From assembly GCA_043822705.1 (NCBI GenBank), contig JBDRBK010000181.1, positions 1 through 12,661 on the forward strand: a stretch of DNA of 12,661 bases. Reading direction: 5' to 3'. A program made the position numbers and the translations under genes. The notes under the pieces were generated by a model, which was given only the letters and a program-made list of their open reading frames with translations, did no database searches and was not told the origin of the DNA. The stretch comes from Fidelibacterota bacterium. Its GTDB lineage: Bacteria > Fidelibacterota > Marinisomatia > Marinisomatales > TCS56. The first letter of the stretch is position 1; every line of letters starts with the position of its first letter. Shown here in pieces: positions 1 to 6,662 of the stretch.

Positions 1-1
1 C

Positions 2-445
2 CACCGCACCGATTCGTTGTTGACTCTGTGGCGGGTAACGGCACCGGCTGCCAGTGAAATGCTGAGCCGGGAAAATGAATTCGCCGACTTTGCCCTGGAA
101 CGATTGGAAGCAGGACTGGCATTACTCGAAGGTCAAAATAGCGTGGAAGAGTATCATTCATTGCCGCAGACCGTATATTTGGGCCAGAATTATCCCAATC
201 CCTTCAACGCCAGCACGGTGATTCCTTTCCGCCAGGACCATGCCGGTCCGGTCCGGATCACGATTCATGATATTCAGGGCCGGCAGGTGGCAGCCCTGAC
301 CGATCAGCAATATCCAGCCGGCGAATACCGTCTGGTCTGGGATGCGGCCACCCTGCCCAGCGGATTGTATTTTTGTTCAATCCGGACGGTCAAATCGACC
401 GGCGCACCATTTCTTTCCACCCGCAAATTGACCCTGCTGAAATAA
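2..445 (+). CDS. 5'-truncated secreted protein with C-terminal T9SS type A / FlgD-Ig-like sorting domain
   Basis: The frame is open from the window edge (CAC CGC ACC GAT TCG TTG...), so the TTG at 17 is probably not the true start. The C-terminus 'LGQNYPNPFNAST...ITIHDIQGRQV...YRLVWDA...LPSGLYF...RKLTLLK' is a typical secretion-system C-terminal sorting domain. The N-terminal function cannot be seen. Confidence 0.85.
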   Translation, partial: HRTDSLLTLWRVTAPAASEMLSRENEFADFALERLEAGLALLEGQNSVEEYHSLPQTVYLGQNYPNPFNASTVIPFRQDHAGPVRITIHDIQGRQVAALTDQQYPAGEYRLVWDAATLPSGLYFCSIRTVKSTGAPFLSTRKLTLLK

Positions 446-473
446 CTCTCGACAAATCGGATCTATTGATATC

Positions 474-1331
474 ATGCGGAAAATGACGCCATTCAAATCA
501 GCATTTCTTGTATCAACAGTAATATTTCTCAGCGCCTGTTCGACAACCGTACCAGCCTATCTGACCGATGATAGTGAGCGGATCCATCAGGAATATTTCG
601 GCACCACCGGACTAGCCTTTGAACTATTGCTGGCCGGTACCGAATATGAGACACCGGTATTCCACTTTACCGGAACCGACCCGGGACCTGCAGTACTGAT
701 CATAGGCGGTACCCATGGCAATGAACCAGCCGGATTCGAAGCCGCGCATCGCTTGTTGAAAATATTTGCATCCGGTCACCTTGACCGTGGTTCGGTCTAT
801 TTGATACCGGAAGCCAACAAACTGGCCGATCGCCGGGGCAGCCGGAGTATCAGGACGCCACGCGGGGTCAATCGGGAACTGGGTAACCTGAATCGCTGCT
901 ATCCCGGGAATACCAACGGCCTGCCGATGGAACAGGCGGCCTTCCAGATCACCAACCTGATCAAACAAAATGGCGTCTCAGCGGTGATCGATCTGCATGA
1001 GAGTCCGGTTTTCCACATGGAATACAAGGACGAAAGCGGTCAGTATCATGGTCTGGGGCAGACGGTCATTTATACTAATAATGAAGAGGGTGCCTGGATC
1101 AGCATGCTGGTGGTCGATGAAATGAATACGACTATTCCACCTGGGCTCGAACAGTTTTCGCTGGCGGCCAACCCGGTGCAGCATAGTGCCGCCTGGCTGG
1201 CCGGCGATTGTTTTAATCTGCCCGGATTCACCATCGAAACCTGCAAGAAACTGCCCCTGGAAAATCGTATTAGCTATCAAATCCAGATCGTCGATATAAT
1301 CCTGAGGGAGATTGGTCTGATCGGCGAATAA
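474..1331 (+). CDS. M14-family (succinylglutamate desuccinylase/aspartoacylase-like) zinc metallohydrolase, probable lipoprotein
   Basis: Zn-binding GGTHGNE (HxxE), NLNR substrate-carboxylate motif, IDLHE (third Zn ligand) and FTIE catalytic Glu region. A hydrophobic N-terminus ends in the lipobox-like FLSAC (Cys22). Confidence 0.85.
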   Translation: MRKMTPFKSAFLVSTVIFLSACSTTVPAYLTDDSERIHQEYFGTTGLAFELLLAGTEYETPVFHFTGTDPGPAVLIIGGTHGNEPAGFEAAHRLLKIFASGHLDRGSVYLIPEANKLADRRGSRSIRTPRGVNRELGNLNRCYPGNTNGLPMEQAAFQITNLIKQNGVSAVIDLHESPVFHMEYKDESGQYHGLGQTVIYTNNEEGAWISMLVVDEMNTTIPPGLEQFSLAANPVQHSAAWLAGDCFNLPGFTIETCKKLPLENRISYQIQIVDIILREIGLIGE

Positions 1332-1332
1332 G

Positions 1333-1410
1333 ATGATTCCGCTGGTCCGACCAGTTTGGGCACTAATCAGTTTACCGGTTTCATCCCGGTTCCTTAATTT
1401 ACGGCAATGA
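1333..1410 (+). CDS. Candidate small ORF (25 aa, MIPLVRPVWALISLPVSSRFLNLRQ) bridging the M14 gene and pgsB
   Basis: ATG at 1333 is one base after the M14 stop (TAA 1329-1331). The TGA at 1408-1410 overlaps the pgsB ATG (ATGA). No homology evidence. Confidence 0.3.
   Translation: MIPLVRPVWALISLPVSSRFLNLRQ
1359..1373 (+). repeat. Direct repeat copy 1 (GGCACTAATCAGTTT)
   Basis: 14/15 identical to 4067-4081; lies in the gap between the M14 gene and pgsB. Confidence 0.6.
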
Positions 1411-2564
1411 CTTTCAGCATTATCCTGCCGATCCTGTTTATCATCCTGCTGCTGATTGAAGCACTGCTGCACCGGCGCTGGCTCGCCGCCATACCGCTGC
1501 GGATTCATGTAAATGGTACCCGCGGCAAATCCACTGTAACCCGCTATATCGCCGCCGGTCTGGCCGCCGATGGACGTCGCCCGCTGGCAAAAATTACCGG
1601 CGATGCGCCCGTTTTAATTCTCCCCGACGGGACATTCAAACCGATCCGGCGATTGGGAAAGGCGCGGGTCCAGGAACAATTACGAATTATTTATCAGGGC
1701 TACAGCCTGAAAATCGACAGTCTGGTGGTGGAATGCATGTCAATCGCCGGTGAATTTCAGGCGATCGACCGCAATTTCATTCGGCCTCAGATTACCGTCC
1801 TGACTAATATTTTAGACGACCACCGCGAACATTTTCCCGCCGGAATCGAAGATTACGTAGCCGCGATCTGCGGCGCCCTGCCACGCAACGGGATCATAAT
1901 TACGAACGAACGTACCTGGCTGCCACAGATCAATGCCGCCGCGTCGGTACGGAACAGCCGGGTAGTCATTCCTGCTAAAATTGATGCGACCGATCTGCCG
2001 GCCGGTATGTTCCCGGACAATCTGGCGCTGGCCGTCCAGGCTTGCGTAGAAGCTGGTGTCGCCCGGGACAGCGCCCAGTCCGCTATCATCAACCAGGTGG
2101 ATTTAACTGAAACACCGGTCAGGGAATATACCTGTAAAGGCTGGCGATTGACCTTTATCGACGGTTTCTCTGTCAATGATACCAGTTCCGCCGCCAGGTT
2201 CAGCGAATATTGGCGGGTGCGATTGGCATTTCCGGCGCGTCATATGGTTCTGTTAAATACCAGGAACGACCGGCCGCAGCGTTCCCGGCAATTCATCGAC
2301 TGGATCGTCGATTCAAATCAATTTGACGGAATCATCCTGACCGGCAATCATTGCGGTGCATCCCGGCGCCTGCTGAAACGGGCCGACTGGCCATCGACCA
2401 AATTGCACGCCTGGCCCGGTCGCGACCCGATCGACCTCGCCCGGTTGCATTGCAAACACTGGTTGACCGGGGACACGGTCTTAATCGGATTCGGCAATTC
2501 GGTCGGCGGCCGCGACCGGATCGTTGGTGGACTGGATAACTGGCTGGGAAGGGGCAACGTTTGA
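1407..2564 (+). CDS. pgsB: Poly-gamma-glutamate synthase PgsB/CapB (Mur-ligase-like amide ligase)
   Basis: N-terminal TM helix followed by the hallmark 'IPLRIHVNGTRGKSTVTR' P-loop. Also 'EQLRII', 'VVECM', 'LTNILDDH', 'GFSVND', 'NTRNDRPQRS' and 'IGFGN', all matching CapB/PgsB. Lies directly upstream of pgsC. Confidence 0.92.
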   Translation: MTFSIILPILFIILLLIEALLHRRWLAAIPLRIHVNGTRGKSTVTRYIAAGLAADGRRPLAKITGDAPVLILPDGTFKPIRRLGKARVQEQLRIIYQGYSLKIDSLVVECMSIAGEFQAIDRNFIRPQITVLTNILDDHREHFPAGIEDYVAAICGALPRNGIIITNERTWLPQINAAASVRNSRVVIPAKIDATDLPAGMFPDNLALAVQACVEAGVARDSAQSAIINQVDLTETPVREYTCKGWRLTFIDGFSVNDTSSAARFSEYWRVRLAFPARHMVLLNTRNDRPQRSRQFIDWIVDSNQFDGIILTGNHCGASRRLLKRADWPSTKLHAWPGRDPIDLARLHCKHWLTGDTVLIGFGNSVGGRDRIVGGLDNWLGRGNV

Positions 2565-2565
2565 T

Positions 2566-2994
2566 ATGCTGTACGAAGCGTTTCTGATCGGATTAATAAT
2601 CGCATTTATCTATTACGAAGTAACCGGCCTGACTCCCGGTGGAGTCATCGCCCCGGCCTATCTGGCGCTGTATGTCAATGAACCGACTAAAATCGTTACT
2701 ACGCTGGGTGTTGCTATAATTGTTTGGGGTATTTTGGAATTGCTGCGTTCTTTCCTGTTTATTTATGGCCGGCGACAATTGCTGCTGGCATTACTGCTGG
2801 GCTTTGCCGTTGGGACGTTGGTTAATCGTTTCTTCGGCGGCGGAAGCTACTGGCCACCGGATTTGCATTCCATCGGGCATCTGGTTCCCGGCCTGGTCGC
2901 CAATGAGATGGTGCGGCAAAAAATATTGCCCACCTTGACTAGTCTGGCACTAGTACTGGCATTCACATACCTCATTCTGGTCCTGGTCAATTGA
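2566..2994 (+). CDS. pgsC: Poly-gamma-glutamate biosynthesis membrane protein PgsC/CapC
   Basis: 142-aa very hydrophobic protein with 'YEVTGLTPGGVIAPAYLAL', 'IYGRR' and 'IGHLVPGLVANE' CapC motifs. Start placed at ATG 2566, one base after the pgsB stop and preceded by purine-rich GGAAGGGG. Confidence 0.93.
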   Translation: MLYEAFLIGLIIAFIYYEVTGLTPGGVIAPAYLALYVNEPTKIVTTLGVAIIVWGILELLRSFLFIYGRRQLLLALLLGFAVGTLVNRFFGGGSYWPPDLHSIGHLVPGLVANEMVRQKILPTLTSLALVLAFTYLILVLVN

Positions 2995-4058
2995 GCCACA
3001 GACTGCCTAGAGGGAACGATCTTCGCTGGATTCCGGTTCTGCTTACGGCGGTGGTGGCGGTGGTCGCAACCAACAAATTCCTGATCGATTTTGCACCGCG
3101 GGCTGATAGCACCGAAATGCATGCCGCAGCCAATTTGACGGAATACTGGTACCGGATCGTCGCAGAGGAAAAAGCCGCCCGCAGTATCCCGGTTTTTCCC
3201 GACAATGATATTTTGTTCCCGGGATTGCTCGGAGAAGATTTCAGCCCGATTACAACAACACTCGGTTCGCTCGCGGCCAAGGAACTTTCGATCCAGCCGG
3301 AATTCTCCGCCTTAATCGTGCGCTTGGTCCATGAAGCGGGTCTGTCCGCCGGTGATCGGGTGGGAGTTATCCTCAGTGGGTCGTTCCCTGCCCTGGGGAT
3401 CGCTACGTTGGCGGCGCTACAGGTGCTGGAAATGGAACCGCTGGTCTTCAGCTCACTGGGTGCCTCGTCCTTCGGGGCTAATCAACCTGATGCTACCTGG
3501 ATTGACTTGGAAAACTGGCTGATCGAGCGTGGGGGACTGAAATTCAGGTCACTGTTAGTAAGTTACGGTGCCGAGGATGATAATGGCGGCGGTATGTTTC
3601 CTGGTGGGCCCGAACAGTTGCAGGCAGCCTTCGAACGCAATCGCTGCCCGGTCTACCAGCCGGCCGATCTGGAACAATCGATTGTCTACAAGACGGAACT
3701 GTTGCAGAAGGCCGGGATCAAACTGCTGATCAATATCGGCGGTAATCAGGCCGGTGTTGGGAACTGCAGTCATGTATTGGAAATTCCTCCCGGTTTGAAT
3801 TATCAGCTGCCAGCCTGCGGTCATGCTCAACGCGGTGTTGTTTTCCGGCTCAACCAGAATGGAATACCGGTGCTGCATCTGCTCAACATCCGCGAACTGT
3901 CCATCCGTTACGGGATCAAACGGCTGACTGGTTACGACCACCATGAAAACTATATATTGTACGGTCAGAAGGAGGTTCGGCCCGCAGCCATCATAGGCCT
4001 GTTATTGATTTTGAGTTTTTTGGTATTCCTGATCCGGAAACCGGGCGGCAGTCTTTAG
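2991..4058 (+). CDS. pgsW: Poly-gamma-glutamate system protein (PgsW family)
   Basis: Motifs 'GLLGEDFSPITTTLGSLAAK', 'SGSFPALGIA', 'SSLGASSFGAN', 'LLINIGG' and 'IPVLHLLNI', with N- and C-terminal hydrophobic helices. The TTG start overlaps the pgsC TGA. This family is known to follow pgsBC in systems lacking pgsA. Confidence 0.85.
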   Translation: MSHRLPRGNDLRWIPVLLTAVVAVVATNKFLIDFAPRADSTEMHAAANLTEYWYRIVAEEKAARSIPVFPDNDILFPGLLGEDFSPITTTLGSLAAKELSIQPEFSALIVRLVHEAGLSAGDRVGVILSGSFPALGIATLAALQVLEMEPLVFSSLGASSFGANQPDATWIDLENWLIERGGLKFRSLLVSYGAEDDNGGGMFPGGPEQLQAAFERNRCPVYQPADLEQSIVYKTELLQKAGIKLLINIGGNQAGVGNCSHVLEIPPGLNYQLPACGHAQRGVVFRLNQNGIPVLHLLNIRELSIRYGIKRLTGYDHHENYILYGQKEVRPAAIIGLLLILSFLVFLIRKPGGSL

Positions 4059-4066
4059 CCATAACC

Positions 4067-4081
4067 GGCACTAATCTGTTT
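4067..4081 (+). repeat. Direct repeat copy 2 (GGCACTAATCTGTTT)
   Basis: 14/15 identical to 1359-1373; lies 8 bp after the pgsW stop. Confidence 0.6.
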
Positions 4082-4129
4082 TCATAAGCTGCGGAACACC
4101 GTTTGATGCTATCATTGCTATAACTAATT

Positions 4130-4157
4130 TTGAACACAGCCAGTTTCTTGATATAAC
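4130..4157 (+). promoter_or_regulatory. Putative sigma70-type promoter for the phosphodiester glycosidase gene
   Basis: TTGAAC (4130-4135), 16-bp spacer, extended -10 TGaTATAAC (4149-4157). A second TTGcTATAAC copy lies at 4115-4124. Confidence 0.4.
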
Positions 4158-4184
4158 ACCAAATATTAGCGGGAACCGTGTCCA

Positions 4185-6632
4185 ATGAAGATTAATCAAT
4201 TCCTTGGGATCACCCTGCTCGGCATCGGTTTACTTTCGGCCGAGACTCAATTTTATACCACCAGTACGACCATCGTCGGCCCCGGTGTTGTCCATAAAAA
4301 AGTGCATGCTCCGCTGGTGCCCTGGATCATCAACGTGCTGGAGGTGGACCTGACCAACCCGTATTTGAAGATGGAGTCGGTAAAGGCCAGTGATCGACTG
4401 GCATCCTATGAAACCACCAGTTCCATGTCCTCCCGAAAGAGTAGTATCGGTCATCGGGTCGTAGGGGCCGTCAATGCTGATTTTTATGGCACTGGCGGTG
4501 TTCCGATCGGCACACAGATCCTGAACGGTGAGATATTGAAAACATCAACAGGATGGTCATCAATCGGCTTTGATATCAGTAATCGACCGGCAATTGCCAC
4601 CGTCACTTTCTGCGGTAACGCCTGGTCCGGAAGCAGTCAACATGTCATAAACAATGTTAACGTTGTACGCAATGCCGATAACCTGATCGTTTACAATGCC
4701 TATTTCGGCGGCAACACAAACACTAACGAGTGGGGAACCGAAGTCGGTTTTACGGCAATTGATCCCTGGTTGGCCAATGACACGATCCGCTGCCGTATTG
4801 AGCAGCTACAGGCCGGTGTCGGCAGCATGGCGCTATCCAAATCACGGCCAGTATTGTCCGGTCACGGCACGGCAGCGGCTTTTCTGAATTCGCTGACGAT
4901 CGGTGATACGATAAAAATATATCTGGGAATTAATCCGACTTTACCGAAACTTGCTCAACTGGTGGGCGGGAATCTGAAAATACTGGCCGACGGTAATTAT
5001 ACCGGCAGTACCAATACTGATCGCCACCCACGGACATTTGCCGGTATCTCGGCTGATAGCAGCCGACTTTATCTGGCAGTTGTCGACGGTCGTCAGGATG
5101 GCAGCATCGGTATGACCTACCGCGACCTGGCCAATTATATGGTCAGTCTGGGAGCGGAGGATGCCGTCAATCTTGATGGTGGTGGCTCTTCTACACTGGT
5201 TGTGCATGATGTAATCGAGAATTCACTATTTGAACCAGAGCGAGCAGTTTCTAACGGACTGATGGTGGTTTCATCAGCGCCCGAGACCGAACTGGTTACC
5301 ATCCAGGTGCAACCGGACGATTTTCGGATTTTCCTGGGCCAGTCGATGAAAATAACCGCTTCCGGCTGGGACCAGTACTACAACCCCCGAACGATCGATC
5401 CCGCCGAGGTAACATTCACTGTCGACCCGGCCTGGGGCAATTTCGGCGCAAATGGTATTTTTACTGCCACGAATGTACCTGGTGGCGGTTATCTGATAAT
5501 TCAATATCAGGACATAGTCGACACTGCTTATTTGTATATTAAAAAACTTAAAAGCATCAACCTGGCGCCGGAATTCCAGATCACCGACAACATTACACCG
5601 CTACAGTTCGGTGTAACCGTCTTGGATGAAGACAATATTCCACAGGCGGTGCCGTTGACCGACTTCACCTGGGAAGTTCTGTCACCGGAGATTGGTTACT
5701 TTGATGAAAACTCCCAATTCCATGGCATTGTCGAAGGTTCGACCAGGATCGTCGCAACCTTCCTCGACCAGACCGATACAGTTACTGTGAAAATCGAAAT
5801 CGGTCTGGGGGAAATCATTCTGGATTCACTGGAAACATTGGACGGTTGGGACCTGGATGGCGTTCTGTACGATCCGACCGGCACATCGCTGGAAATAGTC
5901 AATTCACCGAAAACCCAGGGTGATGGGGCGTTTCAGCTAAACTATCAGTTCATTCGTTCGGACCTGGGCCGCAGTTGGAATTATCTCCAGACCCTGCAGC
6001 CAATCTATGGCATTCCCGACTCGCTCTATTTTGATTTCAAGTCCAATCCGGAAAATACTAAGACGCATATGGTAGTCATTGTCGTCTGCGATGTTAAAGG
6101 TGACTTGTTTCAGACTTCGATTATTACACCGGATACCAGTTTCTCCACGTACGGTCTGGCCATGGGTAATTTCGGACCGGTCGTCCCCAATACCAGCCTG
6201 TGTTACCCGATTAGTCTGAAGGAATTGCAGATCAGGTTAGGTTACTATGGTACTGTTGGCGACACTAACCGGGGCACTATCTATATCGACAATTTACGAA
6301 TCAAGTACCCCAGTTTCTCCAACGTTAGTATCGGCGGGAGCGTGGTTTTACCCCGTACCTTTGATTTATATCAAAATTGGCCGAATCCGTTTAACGCCAC
6401 CACCACAATCGCTTTTAATCTGACTTCACGGGGACCGGTCAGGCTGACCATTTTTGATCAGCTTGGACGCATGGTAATGCAGTACCAGGAATCAATAACT
6501 AACAGCGGTTCGGGCCGGTATACCTGGGATGGTCGTAATTCCCAGGGACAACCGGTTGGCTCAGGGGTTTACCTGTACCGGTTGGAAGCGGGGGGCGCCA
6601 GTCAGGTCAGAAAAATGTTGTTACTGAAATAA
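4185..6632 (+). CDS. Secreted phosphodiester glycosidase family (NAGPA/DUF2233) protein with Ig-like domains, a CBM-like beta-sandwich and a T9SS/FlgD-type C-terminal domain
   Basis: Signal peptide. NAGPA motifs 'GAVNADFY', 'HPRTFAG', 'VVDGRQ', 'AVNLDGGGSS' and 'ERAVSNGL'. Ig-like segments ('ITASGWDQY', 'GIFTAT', 'GSTRIVAT') and a CBM-like region ('GAFQLNY...GTIYIDNL'). C-terminus 'LYQNWPNPFN...YTWDGRNSQGQPVGSGVYLYRL...RKMLLLK'. Confidence 0.88.
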   Translation: MKINQFLGITLLGIGLLSAETQFYTTSTTIVGPGVVHKKVHAPLVPWIINVLEVDLTNPYLKMESVKASDRLASYETTSSMSSRKSSIGHRVVGAVNADFYGTGGVPIGTQILNGEILKTSTGWSSIGFDISNRPAIATVTFCGNAWSGSSQHVINNVNVVRNADNLIVYNAYFGGNTNTNEWGTEVGFTAIDPWLANDTIRCRIEQLQAGVGSMALSKSRPVLSGHGTAAAFLNSLTIGDTIKIYLGINPTLPKLAQLVGGNLKILADGNYTGSTNTDRHPRTFAGISADSSRLYLAVVDGRQDGSIGMTYRDLANYMVSLGAEDAVNLDGGGSSTLVVHDVIENSLFEPERAVSNGLMVVSSAPETELVTIQVQPDDFRIFLGQSMKITASGWDQYYNPRTIDPAEVTFTVDPAWGNFGANGIFTATNVPGGGYLIIQYQDIVDTAYLYIKKLKSINLAPEFQITDNITPLQFGVTVLDEDNIPQAVPLTDFTWEVLSPEIGYFDENSQFHGIVEGSTRIVATFLDQTDTVTVKIEIGLGEIILDSLETLDGWDLDGVLYDPTGTSLEIVNSPKTQGDGAFQLNYQFIRSDLGRSWNYLQTLQPIYGIPDSLYFDFKSNPENTKTHMVVIVVCDVKGDLFQTSIITPDTSFSTYGLAMGNFGPVVPNTSLCYPISLKELQIRLGYYGTVGDTNRGTIYIDNLRIKYPSFSNVSIGGSVVLPRTFDLYQNWPNPFNATTTIAFNLTSRGPVRLTIFDQLGRMVMQYQESITNSGSGRYTWDGRNSQGQPVGSGVYLYRLEAGGASQVRKMLLLK

Positions 6633-6653
6633 ACCGGACGGAATACCGTTGGT
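6633..6653. terminator. Possible weak hairpin terminator between convergent genes
   Basis: ACCgGACGG-aata-CCGTTGGT imperfect stem in the 30-bp convergent gap; followed by TTATTT on the minus strand. Confidence 0.25.
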
Positions 6654-6662
6654 CGGAAAAGG

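Noticed and set aside
17..19. TTG at 17 as the true start of a 142-aa protein
   Set aside because: The frame is open to the window edge and there is no signal peptide despite a secretion tail, so the gene is truncated.
449..460. TCGACAAATCGG resembling TCGACAAATTCGG at 10852-10864
   Set aside because: Short gapped match in unrelated contexts, compatible with chance.
1359..1373. GGCAC motif as a sigma54 -24/-12 promoter
   Set aside because: Neither copy has the required GC (TTGC) ten bases after the GG.
1407..2564. Cyanophycin synthetase or MurE/F/FolC call
   Set aside because: There is no ATP-grasp domain, and the HVNGTRGKS motif, N-terminal TM and adjacent capC fit PgsB.
2524..2565. Longer pgsC start given by the ORF track
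   Set aside because: It overlaps pgsB by 41 bp. ATG 2566 directly follows the pgsB stop and gives a typical CapC N-terminus.
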